This document shows positions 53,806-63,930 of a stretch of 64,000 nt of DNA, piece by piece. Every line of letters begins with the position of its first letter. Positions within the stretch are counted from its first letter, which is position 1. A program made the translations under genes and the position numbers. The notes under the pieces were generated by a model, which did not search any database, had not been told where the DNA came from, and saw only the letters and a list, made by a program, of their open reading frames with translations. The stretch comes from Eledone cirrhosa. Taxonomy: Eukaryota. The DNA is taken from contig OZ024752.1 of the NCBI GenBank assembly GCA_964016885.1, positions 40,052,001 through 40,116,000 of the forward strand, read 5' to 3'.

Positions 53806-56800
53806 TATGACAGACTACTGCAGTCTCTGTCTAGCAAGCTCTACCCACAAAACATTGGTCAACCCAAAGCTTGTAGGTGTTACACAATGCGACTGAACCC
53901 AGAAAGACAGAGTTGTGAACCTAACACCATACAGCCATCCACCACCTGATGAAACTAGATATTACATAAAATTTTGTGTAGGAAATGTAAACTGAGTACA
54001 CAAGAGATGTAGTAAGATCTTGGATAGGACAAAGAATGTAGACTTTGAATGTGGTAAATGCACAGGCAAACTAAGCAGTAAGAGTACACGTGAAACAGGT
54101 TCCACCAAATGCTTAGATGGCCCCCTAAAACTAGTTGACAGCTCCTGCTACTTGGGTGACCTAATTAGCAGTGGAAGATGATGTTCTGAAAATACAGTAG
54201 CTAAAGTAAAAACTAGATGGAAAAAACTTCAAAGAACTACTATCTTTGCTAGTTAAAGTGAAAGGCAGGTTGTATGATGCCTGTGTGCAAATTGCAAAGT
54301 TGCACGGAAGTGAGATTTGAGGCTTCAGTGCAAAGGCTATGCAAAGAAATAAAACAATGTAACATACTCTAATGGTTGTGTAATAGAATGTCCACCACCT
54401 TTTCCTCCCACCCTGAGTTGCTAGCTGCCACTCTCTCTTCAAGACAACTTCCACATACTCTTGTTCCCTCACTGAGTAATTAGACTCCCAGCAAGCAATA
54501 AATAGTTGCCACTGCACCCTCTACAGTGCCACCTCCATCATTATTCTGTACCCCACCCTGCCAATTCTATCACTGCCTTTGTCCAGTTGAGGACACTATC
54601 GCCCTAGTGTTGGTGTCACAATAAAATGCACCCAGCATGCCCTGTAAGTAGTATAGGTGCTACAATAAAAAGCACCAGTCCACTCTGTAAATTAGTAGTA
54701 CTGGTATCATGATAAAATGCACCCTGTCCCAAAAATAACTTCATTCTCTTGAATTACCGAAAGAATAAGTTTCGTTTTGACCACTTCTAGCTTAAATGCA
54801 TTTTTTATTTTTTTTATTTTTGTAATATACGTACTTTTAAAACGGTATTTTTATACATGAAGTGCAAAGTATATATTGTTTTGAGTATGAAAAATTCATC
54901 TCAAGTGCAAACTTTCGTTTTCTACACCACCATAAATATGTTTACATTTGTATATACAAGCTTGGAAACAAAATATACTTAATGTTTCATGCATATGTAA
55001 AAATAATTTCTTCAAAAAGCGAGTGTATTATGAATGAAGGAAAAAAAAAAAAAAAAAAAAAATCACTTATAAACACTGAAACGAAATTTATTGAAGAAAA
55101 CCAAGTTATTCTTTTGCTTTCCTCAACTACATACGTATTCGACAACATTGTCACACACATACACATATATATATATATAAACAATGTATGTGTTTGTATG
55201 TTTGAATATATAAGTAGATTTTCAGCCACGCCATCACCCGAGGCAACGCTGCCAGTGCGTTGGCTTGCCTAAAAAAATCATTAGAGAGGTTGCCCAGTAC
55301 TCCTCGCGACGCTGCTGTCTTTTGCTCTGGTGTTGGCTCCGTTGTTCACCCCTTCCTTTACATTTTCTTTAATATTGTAACATTAAAAGAATATATCTTT
55401 CATTGTATCATCCTTTATAGTGTTACCGAAGCATTTATAATGTTATTTATGTATATATTTAAAACATATTTGTAATGTTATTTATGTATATATTTAAAAC
55501 ATATTTGTTATGTTATTTATGTATATATTTAAAACATATTTATGTATATATTTAAAACATATTTGTTATGTTATGTATATATTTAAAACAAATTTGTTGT
55601 TATGTTATGTATATATTTAAAACATATTTATGTATATATTTAAAACATATTTGTTATGTTATGTATATATTTAAAACATATTTGTTATGTTATTTATGTA
55701 TATATTTAAAACATATTTGTTATGTTATTTATGTATATATTTAAAACATATTTATGTATATATTTAAAACATGTTATGTTATTTATGTATATATTTAAAA
55801 CAAATTTATGTATATATTTAAAACATATGTTATGTTATTTATGTATATATTTAAAACATATTTGTTACGTTATTTATGTATATATTTAAAACATATTTGT
55901 TATGTTATTATTCTACTGTAAATTTATTTATATGCTCTGCTTATATTTTCATTCTGAATGAATTGCAAACGATTTGTTTAGTTTAAAAGTAGATTTTTAT
56001 TATTTATGTGCAGGTGTGTGAAGGCTTAAAATAGGAGCTAATTTCTTCACTGAGAATAATCATATTTGACAAGCAGAGATATCTAACTCTTCATTTACTG
56101 AAACCGAAAAGAGCCGGTGCTTGATAGAATTGGCTCCGTTTCAAATTCAGCTTCAAACCTTCTCAAGGTTATAACAACGAAACAGACGTAAGTGTTTGCT
56201 GAAGGTAAGTAGGTAGCAAGAATCTTCAAGGTCAAAAGGCAATAACCGAAGCCAAAAGAGTAAGGATCTTTATAGTACATAACAAAATGGTTATTACGTC
56301 AATACGAGTAAGGCTGTTCACAATAAAATCAAGTTGGAAACAATGTAAACACTGAGATTTCTTCTAGAACTGTGTATATATATATATATAAGTTTTAATA
56401 TACTCTGCAATGTATTGAGTACCTTACTTACTGTGGTTACCTCCGACTCAACCCGGAATAACGTATATATATATAGATATAGATATATATATATATAGAT
56501 ATAGATATATATATATATAGATAGATATAGATATAGATATATATCTATATATATATATATATATATATAGATATAGATATATATAGGAACGAGTAGGACC
56601 CCGACGGCTGAGCTCAAGCCGTTTCGACGGCGTCCAGAATTAGCCGTCGAAACGGCTTGAGCTCAGCCGTCGGGGTCGTCCTACTCGTTCCTATTACCCA
56701 CTCTACTACCCTAAGTATTGAGTACTTTGGTGCGTTATGGTCCATCTGGTTCCTTACCACATTTCCTTCGTTATATATATATATATATATACATTAAAAT

Positions 56801-57723
56801 AACAGATTAAAGTTTAAGCAAAGAATCGCTGCTCTACTGTTCTTATATATTTGATATATATTTATCCTTATCGAGCCCTCTTTGGATTTTAGTCTTCAAA
56901 TTTATTATTATTACTATATATATATACATATATATATATATAATACATATATATATACATACATACATACTGTCCGCCGGCGAAACAATTGTAACACAAT
57001 AAATTGAGTTCTGGTGCATCACTGATTTTTCGTTTTATATTATATCATACTCTGCTCTGTAAGACTATAGGGTGCTCAACCGGCATACGGTCTATGGAAG
57101 CATCTTAGCTACCATCAGACACACACACATATATATATAAATACATATATATTATTTTATATAGAAATTACTTCTACAGGACAAGAACTGTTTCATTCGC
57201 AGGGAAATCATCCTGGTGATTTCGTACGAATGAAACAGCTCTAGTCCTGGAGAAGTAATTTCTATATAAAAATGTTAAAAATGCCTATACTCTACCTATG
57301 TATTGAGTACCTTTTTTTAAATGTCATGTTCCCTCCCTCCCCTCTGACAACTCGGTAACATACATACATACATACATAGTGTGTGTGTGCTAGACAAAAG
57401 AAATTAATACGTAGTAAATGATGCTTCATTTTTAAATATGGTACCACTCCGAATACAACCAAATATAAATCAGAGGTTGAAATAAAGGTTATAAAGGTTG
57501 TTATATTTTAGAGTGGTTTCATATATATATATATATATATATATACACTTTATATAGGTATATATCTATCTATGTATGTATGTGTATATATATATATATA
57601 TATACCCACACTCTTTATATAAGGTATGCATGTTTAATACATGTAAAAGCCAACAGTTCAACTGAAATCACTTCTATGCCCTTGTGTGTGTGTGTATATA
57701 TATTATATATATATATATATGTG

Positions 57724-57757
<34 letters not shown>

Positions 57758-58112
57758 GCTGTAGCACTAAGACAGCATTTAGGGGCATAATAGGGGGCAC
57801 ATGAAAGCATATACTGTATGTTTATATACCATAAACATGGTAGCCTTGTTATCAACGAAAAAAAAAATTTTTCCCCCATTTTTCTCCGTCAACACGTCAC
57901 AGGATGTCAATAACAGTCGAGAATACATGTTTATATCTATCTATATACATGTATATACTTCTATTACTACGTATATATATATATATATATATACATGTAT
58001 ATACTTCTATTACTGCATGTATATATATATATATATCTATATACATGTATATACTTCTATAACTACGTGTGTATATATATATACATGTACATGTATATAC
58101 TTCTATTACTAC

Positions 58113-58150
<38 letters not shown>

Positions 58151-58167
58151 ATACTTCTATTACTACA

Positions 58168-58212
<45 letters not shown>

Positions 58213-58253
58213 ATACTTCTATTACTACATGTATATACTTTTATTACTACATG

Positions 58254-58284
<31 letters not shown>

Positions 58285-58319
58285 ATACTTCTATTACTAC
58301 ATGTATATACTTTTATTAC

Positions 58320-58364
<45 letters not shown>

Positions 58365-58549
58365 ACACTTCTATTACATGTATATATATATATCTATATC
58401 CATGTATATACTTCTATTACATGTATATATATATATCTATATACATGTATATACTTCTATTACATGTATATATATATATCTATATACATGTATATACTTC
58501 TATTACATGTATATATATATATCTATATACATGTATATACTTCTATTAC

Positions 58550-58588
<39 letters not shown>

Positions 58589-59108
58589 ATACTTCTATTA
58601 CATGTATATATATATACATGTATATACTTCTATTACTACACATATATATATATCTTTATACATGTATGTCATCATCATCACCGTTTTACGTCCGTTCTTC
58701 CACGCTAGCATGGGTTAGACGGGTTGTCCTGCTGTGGGCAGTGTCTGGTCGGCTGACCATACAGGAACTTATTCTGGCTTGATTTCTAAAGCTGGATGCC
58801 CTTCCTAACACCAACCTCATTTACTGTGAGGGCTGGGTGCTTTTTCGTGGCACCTACATGTCCACTTTACAGTGTGGGCTGGGTGCTTTTTTGCCGTGGC
58901 ACCTCCATGACCACCTTACAGTGGGTGGGTGTGGGGGCATATTGTCTATATGCTTCAGCTTGTATAAAGATATATATATCTTTATACATGTATGTGTTTA
59001 TTTATATATATATATCTTTATACATGTATGTGTTTATATATATATATATATCTTTATACATGTATGTGTTTATATATATATATATATATATCTTTATACA
59101 TGCATGTG

Positions 59109-59140
<32 letters not shown>

Positions 59141-61463
59141 AACACATACATGTATAAAGATATATATATATAATCTTTATACATGTGTTTATATATATAT
59201 ATATCTTTATACATGTATGTGTTTATATATATATATATCTTTATAAATGTATGTGTTTATATATATATATCTTTATACATGTAGGTTTATATATATATAT
59301 ATCTTTATACATGTAGGTTTATATATATATATATCTTTATAAATGTATGTGTTTATATATATATATATCTTTATAAATGTATGTGTTTATATATATATAT
59401 CTTTATAAATGTATGTGTTTATATATATATATATCTTTATAAATGTATGTGTTTATATATATATATATCTTTATAAATGTATGTGTTTATATATATATCT
59501 TTATAAATGTATGTGTTTATATATATATATATATATCTTTATAAATGTATGTGTTTATATATATATATATATCTTTATACATGTATGTGTTTATATATAT
59601 ATATATATATCTTTATAAATGTATGTGTTTATATATATATATCTTTATAAATGTATGTGTTTATATATATATATCTTTATACATGTATGTGTTTATATAT
59701 ACATATATGTGTGTGTGTGTGTGTGTGTACCTACATGTATATGAATGAGATTATTAGATGAACATTAAAACGTAGGTCTTCCAAAAACCCTTAAAACACA
59801 TTTTCATTCGAAGTTTGGGACATACGTTTGTCCCATCCATATATATTTATAATTTTCCTAAATAATTAATTATTGCTAGGAAACTTATAAATATATATTT
59901 ATATATATATGTCTATATTTTTTATTCTGTAAGCATATTATATTATATTATTATATTCATAAAAAAGTAATAATTGTTTCTACTTTGTGGCACAAGGTCA
60001 ACAATTAACCTCAGTGCATTACTGGTACTTTATTTATCGACCCCGTAAGGATGAAAGGCAAAGTAATAATTGTTTCTACTTTAGGCACAAGGCCAGCAAT
60101 GACCCCAGTGCATTACTGGTACTTTATTTTATCGACCCCCGTAAGGATGAAAGGCAAAAATCAACCTCGGCGGGATTTGAACTCAGATCGTAAAGGGACG
60201 TAACTCTATGCTGGAAAGCATGGCGTCCGACCTTCTACCGATACTGCCAATTTAAAGTAATAATGCTGATTTTTTTTTGGGGGGGGGGGGGGATAAAATA
60301 TTTATACATATAATTGTTTCTACTTTAGGCACAAGGCCAGCAATTAAATCCAGTGTATTACTGGTACGTTAATTTATACATTATATAATGTTTGTAACAT
60401 CTTCTCATTAACTTCCCACGTGTTATGTAAGACGATTGCTTTCAAACGATTGCTCTCGAACATTTAACGAAGCAAGGTGGGGCTTATATAATAACATATT
60501 TTTTTTAAAAACTCTTTATAGATGTCAAGAGTATTTGAATAATTTATAATTGTGGGTTTTTTCCTGATGAGCAATTGGGAATTACGAGCTAACTACAAAA
60601 AAAGTGAAGTTATTTATTAGATAAATGTAAAATAGACCTTGATAGCAAGAACGACAACTCTTGAATCACAAAAAAAGAAATGTGACATTGTTACAATTTG
60701 ATTATTTTATATAAGTATTATTTAGACGCTTCTGGATAAAATATTATTTATATTTAACTATTTATAAGAGATTAGAAACATTCAAAACTAAATTAATTTG
60801 AAAAAAAAACAAAAAAAAAAACACAGGTGGTAATTAAATTAAAACAAAATCTTAGAAGATAATTTAAGAATTTTGCTTAAGGAACCAGTAACGCTAATCA
60901 CTTTATAGGTTTCCCTTTAATGGGTTTTTCCATTTTTAATTATTTCAAATGTACATCATGCACGAATGAACACTTGTCTATTAACATTAGTAAAATTAAT
61001 TAATTATTTAATTAATTAATTTGAAAAAAAAAACAAAAAAAAAAAACAATGCCTGTGTATTACATATCAATGTTGGCAAGCTAATGATACAGTTCTTCAA
61101 CAATGTTTACAGGGAAGAAAAGTACCAGTAATACACTGAGTAATTTTGCTGGCCTTGTGCCTAACATAGAAACAATTATTTCATAAGATACACATACACA
61201 CACAGTAGCATGGTAGCTTACTAACAAGTTTTTTCTGTTACATAATGAAGGGTGTGTGTATGTGCGTATATATATACATATATAGATATATATATATACG
61301 ATATTAACAAATGGAAAGTATATTTATAAAACCATATTTATTTCATTATACATATTTCAAGGATACCAAAAGTTAAATTATGGTATGCCTTCATCAGACA
61401 AAAACAAAATATACCAGTTTTATAAATAAACATTGACGTACCCTTTCAACTTGGTATAATGAA

Positions 61464-61500
<37 letters not shown>

Positions 61501-61670
61501 TATATAAACTAATATATATGATGAAACACAAATACCAACATATCTGTATTTATTTGCAATATATATACAGATATGTTGGTATTTGTGTTTCATCATATAT
61601 ATTAGTTTATACACGGCTCAGAAATATTTCTTTCTTTGAGCTAATTTCATTGTAAAAGAATTCATTACAC

Positions 61671-61731
<61 letters not shown>

Positions 61732-62100
61732 AAATAGAATGAAAACGAAATTTCATTTCTCAATGTTAGTACGGCACTTACTTAAATGTAAGTATGTGTG
61801 TATACGTACATACATATATGTATACAGACGTACAGTAGCATGCATATATATATATATATATATACAGCTAAACTGATACGTGCATATATGTATGTGTACC
61901 TGTATGTATATATATATATATATATATATATGCATGCTACTGTACGTCTGTATACATATATGTATGTACGTATACACACATACTTACATATATATATATA
62001 TATATATATGCATGCTACTGTACGTCTGTATACATATATGTATGTACGTATACACACATACTTACATATATATATATATATGTACGTATACACACATACT

Positions 62101-62159
<59 letters not shown>

Positions 62160-62744
62160 GTATACACACATACTTACATATATATATATACGTATACACA
62201 CATACTTACATATATATATATATATACGTATACACACATACTTATATATATATATGTATATACGTATACACACATACTTACATATATATATATATATACA
62301 CACATATTAATATCAGATAACAGAAGCATCGTAAATTCCTCTTGCTTTGCTGGGTTGTTTGTTTGTTTTTTTTTTCCACCAACATATCATATTACTTTCA
62401 GTATTGTATAAAGAAAAAGAAAAACTACTATACCTGACTCAGACACGATTGATTATGTAACATACATAATACATAATACATAACATTGAAAATACTCACA
62501 AAATACTCACCTTATGAACACTGTTCGGATCTTTTTGCCAAGCAGAATACATTTCTTCCAGGTAAGAAGACGAACTTCCATTGAGGAAGGGTTCTGCAGC
62601 TGCTTGGGTACCATAGTTAATCCGATTTGATTTTGGGATGGAATTTGAAGTCTTGGATTGGTGGTTGTGGAGAGTAGTCCATGCCTGCCGCTGGTGCGTG
62701 ACACGCACAGGGAATTTGAAAAACGTTCTGCTTATGCGGTACAT
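5592..62744 (-). CDS. OGDH: 2-oxoglutarate dehydrogenase E1 (mitochondrial), full spliced CDS span; 19 coding exons per isoform, about 1009 aa
   Basis: Manual exon chain with GT-AG borders and matching phases sums to 3030 nt. Contains [22 protein letters not shown] (ThDP-binding), [49 protein letters not shown] and PSAAAATG. Confidence 0.97.
7271..7434 (-). CDS. OGDH: OGDH exon ISPFPFDLV...[12 protein letters not shown]...NEV
   Basis: 164 nt, donor GTAAGT. Confidence 0.94.
8142..8378 (-). CDS. OGDH: OGDH exon [13 protein letters not shown]...CSGKVYYEL...RVEQ
   Basis: 237 nt. Confidence 0.95.
9403..9528 (-). CDS. OGDH: OGDH exon [16 protein letters not shown]...[11 protein letters not shown]
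   Basis: 126 nt. Confidence 0.95.
9888..10080. mobile_element. hAT (Charlie-like) MITE
   Basis: TIR TAGCAGTTGCCAACC / GGTTGGCGACCACTG; 8-bp TSD GTCTAAGG / GTCTAAAG. Confidence 0.7.
10260..10331 (-). CDS. OGDH: OGDH exon [24 protein letters not shown]
   Basis: 72 nt, donor GTAAGT. Confidence 0.95.
10989..11183. mobile_element. Tc1/mariner-superfamily MITE; older relative near 10578-10811
   Basis: TA-CCGTATATACTCATGTAA...TTACATGAGTATATATGG-TA. Confidence 0.7.
11228..11406 (-). CDS. OGDH: OGDH exon GFELGYS...WEAQFGDF...LLPHGYEGM
   Basis: 179 nt. Confidence 0.96.
11661..12180 (-). mobile_element. RTE-clade LINE 3' end; related ends near 1966, 43385, 47635, 48955, 49990, 52850, 58670
   Basis: Translates to [10 protein letters not shown]...THDRDLWR (RTE ORF C-terminus), then a 47-48-bp repeated UTR unit and (GAT)n tail. 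Confidence 0.75.
12547..12870. mobile_element. Near-perfect hairpin (arms about 158 bp, 8-nt loop 12705-12712) with hammerheads, in (TA)n
   Basis: Arms are reverse complements with one mismatch seen. Confidence 0.75.
12763..12833 (+). ncRNA. Minimal type I hammerhead ribozyme (mirror copy on minus strand 12584-12654)
   Basis: TATTTTAT-CTGATGA-16-bp stem II-GAAA-palindromic TGCGCA-TA-ATAAAATA; 8-bp perfect stem I. Confidence 0.8.
13297..13424 (-). CDS. OGDH: OGDH exon [10 protein letters not shown]...[10 protein letters not shown]
   Basis: 128 nt. Confidence 0.95.
13829..14047. mobile_element. TTAA-type MITE family B; copies near 21332-21545 and 32528-32752 (reversed)
   Basis: CTCTTAAC...TTAAGAG-TTAA ends and shared interior. 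Confidence 0.65.
14537..14687 (-). CDS. OGDH: OGDH exon [12 protein letters not shown]...[12 protein letters not shown]
   Basis: 151 nt, phase 1 to 2. Confidence 0.95.
15168..15336. repeat. Imperfect inverted repeat next to (GA)n, with degenerate hammerhead core
   Basis: Arms around loop TGGA; GAG-TTGAAGA-ATCC-TT-GGGT-GAAA on the minus arm. Confidence 0.55.
15577..15796 (-). CDS. OGDH: OGDH exon DEVAKY...[10 protein letters not shown]...FELHR
   Basis: 220 nt, donor GTAAGC. Confidence 0.94.
17114..17266 (-). CDS. OGDH: OGDH exon [19 protein letters not shown]...EYE
   Basis: 153 nt. Confidence 0.95.
18106..18285 (-). CDS. OGDH: OGDH exon IGFTTDPR...KDVVIDL
   Basis: 180 nt. Confidence 0.95.
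18320..19298. repeat. 62-73-bp tandem array inside MITE family A
   Basis: Repeated CATTACTCTATATATACTATT...GGTAAAGGCTTTACCTCACATAA. Confidence 0.92.
19640..20268. repeat. ~60-bp minisatellite with variable (GACA)n
   Basis: GAGAACAGCTCTTTACTCCTTCCTTTTTCCTCTCCTACATATATGTTGT. Confidence 0.9.
20335..20463 (-). CDS. OGDH: OGDH exon with ThDP-binding motif [10 protein letters not shown]...VNNQ
   Basis: 129 nt, phase 0-0. Confidence 0.96.
22000..22270 (-). CDS. OGDH: OGDH exon [13 protein letters not shown]...[10 protein letters not shown]...NPSHLEAV...GKR
   Basis: 271 nt, donor GTATGA. Confidence 0.95.
23111..23257 (-). CDS. OGDH: OGDH exon [21 protein letters not shown]...GMPHR
   Basis: 147 nt, phase 2-2. 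Confidence 0.95.
24598..24752 (-). CDS. OGDH: OGDH exon [14 protein letters not shown]...LARLIRST
   Basis: 155 nt, donor GTGAGT. Confidence 0.94.
24965..25065 (-). CDS. OGDH: OGDH exon [12 protein letters not shown]...LREIIKRLE
   Basis: AG/GT borders, 101 nt, phase 1 to 0. Confidence 0.93.
26878..27090. mobile_element. TTAA-type MITE family C; SINE-interrupted relative near 51784-52522
   Basis: Ends GAAAGGG-TTAA; shared ATCTTCCAACATAATTTTATAT interior. Confidence 0.5.
27694..27732 (-). CDS. OGDH: Candidate 39-nt cassette microexon (A)[12 protein letters not shown]
   Basis: tttatttttaaAG acceptor, G|GTAAAT donor, phase 1-1, no stop, CpG-containing island in an AT-rich intron. Confidence 0.5.
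28700..29031. mobile_element. Mariner-like MITE interrupted by a family A MITE
   Basis: TA-CAAGAGGGTGTTGAAAAGTTC...GAACTTTTCAGTGTCCTTTCA-TA. Confidence 0.5.
33427..33526 (-). CDS. OGDH: OGDH alternative exon B: [33 protein letters not shown]
   Basis: ttctctctcactAG acceptor, G|GTAAGG donor, 100 nt, phase 0 to 1; paralogous to exon A. Confidence 0.88.
35200..36550 (+). mobile_element. Degraded RTE-type LINE, AP-endonuclease region
   Basis: Fragments [35 protein letters not shown] with stops and frameshifts. Confidence 0.75.
37552..37654 (-). CDS. OGDH: OGDH alternative exon A: [34 protein letters not shown]
   Basis: aaacAG acceptor, G|GTATGT donor, 103 nt, phase 0 to 1; resembles the DADLD-bearing exon of vertebrate OGDH. 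Confidence 0.92.
39530..39790 (+). mobile_element. LINE 3' fragment; same tail at 15495-15570
   Basis: RWLDNIHEL...[10 protein letters not shown] and tail AGGAATAAGTGGGTG..AAGAAGAA. Confidence 0.55.
40176..40420 (+). mobile_element. Tc1/mariner 5' end with transposase N-terminal remnant
   Basis: TA-CAGGGTG terminus followed by [17 protein letters not shown]. Confidence 0.45.
42007..42340 (+). mobile_element. tRNA-derived SINE family 1 with RTE-type tail; copies at 50901-51252(+), 17705-18078(-), 20585-20908(-), 1-195(-, partial)
   Basis: A box TGGCTTAGTGG, B-box-like GAGTTCAATTCT, central CCTTGAGCAAGACACTTTA, tail GGACGTAAAATG(ATG)n; copies near-identical. Confidence 0.85.
44690..44871. mobile_element. 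TTAA-flanked piggyBac-type MITE family A; copies at 8471-8753, ~8775-9000, 18316-19439, 22344-23088, 28732-28929, 29731-29914
   Basis: TTAA-CCCTTTAGCATTT...AAATGCTAAAGGG-TTAA. Confidence 0.85.
46628..46807 (-). CDS. OGDH: OGDH exon SWDVYFRN...[13 protein letters not shown] (frame not in ORF track)
   Basis: ttttctAG acceptor, CAG|GTGAGA donor, 180 nt. Confidence 0.93.
49253..49453 (+). mobile_element. tRNA-derived SINE family 3; older minus copies near 23500-23740 and 38360-38540
   Basis: TGGCTGAGTGG A box, GTTCGATTCC B box, shared central domain. Confidence 0.75.
49993..50610. repeat. 47-48-bp array with alternating dimer structure, RTE UTR-derived
   Basis: Alternating TGGTAGTGCTGGCACCATG and CAGCAGTGCCAACATC units. 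Confidence 0.88.
52296..52482 (+). mobile_element. tRNA-derived SINE family 2; copies near 14130, 22380, 30557, 41451, 41644, 46985, 51593, 51927, 52113, 59968-60250, 61100
   Basis: GTTCAAATCC-type B box, TCATCCTTACGGGGTCGATAAAATAAAGTACC core, AGAAACAATTATT tail; this copy has a ~19-bp target duplication TTAATTAATTGA(C/A)GTAGAG. Confidence 0.85.
53126..53305 (-). mobile_element. Second TA-inserted hairpin element; inverted near-identical copy at 56583-56772, fragment near 36652-36700
   Basis: Shared GAAACGGCTTGAGCTCAGCCGTC and GTATTGAGTAC tail. Confidence 0.6.
53322..53750. mobile_element. Palindromic Penelope-like element, relative of the 1267 copy
   Basis: Arms of about 165 bp, same unpaired tail (CTCCAAA..TTGTTGAGTG..ATATCAGTTATA), TA flanks. 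Confidence 0.65.
53555..53620 (+). ncRNA. Minimal type I hammerhead ribozyme (mirror copy on minus strand 53364-53429)
   Basis: TATTTTGT-CTGAAGA-stem II-GAAA-TATATA-TA-ACAAAATA; compensatory stem I change relative to the 1311/1721 copies. Confidence 0.78.
53960..54380 (+). mobile_element. Degraded RTE-type LINE reverse transcriptase C-terminal fragment
   Basis: [17 protein letters not shown]...TRWKK..ELL motif with stops. Confidence 0.65.
55438..55908. repeat. AT-rich ~35-bp minisatellite
   Basis: TGTTATTTATGTATATATTTAAAACATATT units. Confidence 0.88.
57935..59730. repeat. Compound TA-derived minisatellites flanking an RTE 3' end; similar tract at 61790-62300
   Basis: CATGTATATACTTCTATTAC(TA)n and CTTTATA(C/A)ATGTATGTGTT(TA)n units. 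Confidence 0.9.
61339..61404 (-). ncRNA. Hammerhead ribozyme, same family, single copy
   Basis: Minus strand: TTTTTGT-CTGATGA-AGGCATACCA..TGGTATCCTT-GAAA-TATGTA-TA-ATGAAATA; stem I relies on G-U pairs. Confidence 0.62.
62511..62744 (-). CDS. OGDH: OGDH coding exon 1: Arg/Ser-rich transit peptide, MYRISRTFF...[29 protein letters not shown]
   Basis: ATG at 62744, donor AAG|GTGAGT, 234 nt, phase 0. Confidence 0.93.
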
Positions 62745-63393
62745 GGTTAAAACGTTCGTTTGATATGAAAATGTCTTATGTTGTGAAAGAGCCGAGGATT
62801 TAAACGACGATCCAGTGTGGCCTTTTCCGTAGCCACTATCGTTGTTGGATTACTTCGTCGGAAGTTAACAAGATAGGTGTTGGGTAGTAAAATATCAACA
62901 ATATTCACAGGTAACGAATTTGCTAAATGATTCGTCGTGCTGATTTCGGTACCAACAACTGTTATCTTTTGTGGAGGATTTTTTTTTTTTTTTTATCTTC
63001 TTTAACCTTGACAGTTTTTTGTTAGAGGCATTGTCAACACGCAAGGTTTAAATCGTTTGCAAAATAACTGGCTTTTTAGCCAGTTACTCAAAGTCGTTTA
63101 AAACTTTAAATGTGATATAAGGATATTAAATATATTTTAAAAACAATCAAACACGAGAGAAATTTTAGGATCCTCCAATGCTTTTTGGCTTAAATGAGTG
63201 AAATATGGCGACGTCGAAAGCCAAAATAGTCTGAAATAAATAAGATTTAGAAATCAAATAGTTACTGGAAAAATTAACAGAAAATTTTAAACTAACAGAT
63301 AATTCGAAAGAAAAGAATCTCAAAATTAATTTAACATATAATATATAAATATATAGATAATGAAAGTTGTATTATAATTTAAATCTAACTTAC

Positions 63394-63546
63394 CTCAGAT
63401 CTCCTCAAGCGCGGTCATTTACACTACCGTCGTCAGCTACACTCTGCCTGATGACGTCATAGCTCTCTAACAGACGCTCTGATTGGTCAACTTAGTGGTG
63501 GTAGTTAAACACGCAGTGAAGACAACTTCCTTCATAATCATATTGG
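63394..63546 (-). promoter_or_regulatory. Putative OGDH promoter and short non-coding first exon
   Basis: Palindromic CRE TGACGTCA 63452-63459, CCAAT boxes (minus) at 63482-63486 and 63542-63546, consensus donor GAG|GTAAGT at 63393, CpG-rich patch. Confidence 0.6.
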
Positions 63547-63821
63547 CTTGAACTTTTCCGAAAATGTTTTACTAACTTCTTTCTTCTTCTTCATCTTTGC
63601 ACTTTTAAAACGAATACGTTACAAACTGTTTGTTTCGTTGTTGATTTTTTTTAGTTCTCTTTTTTTTCATTTATATTATATTAAAACTACAGTTGATTTT
63701 TTTAAATATATATATATATATATATATTAAAACATGTATATATTTATTTTTATATTCAAATTAAATATGATGATGAAATATTTGCTTTAAATTCAATTTT
63801 CAATTTTTCTAGTTTAGATTT

Positions 63822-63898
63822 TTTTTAAAGAAGTCTAAACACAAATAAATATTTTAGATGAGATTGTTATACACAGGTGATGCTTATTTTTTAAAAAA

Positions 63899-63930
<32 letters not shown>

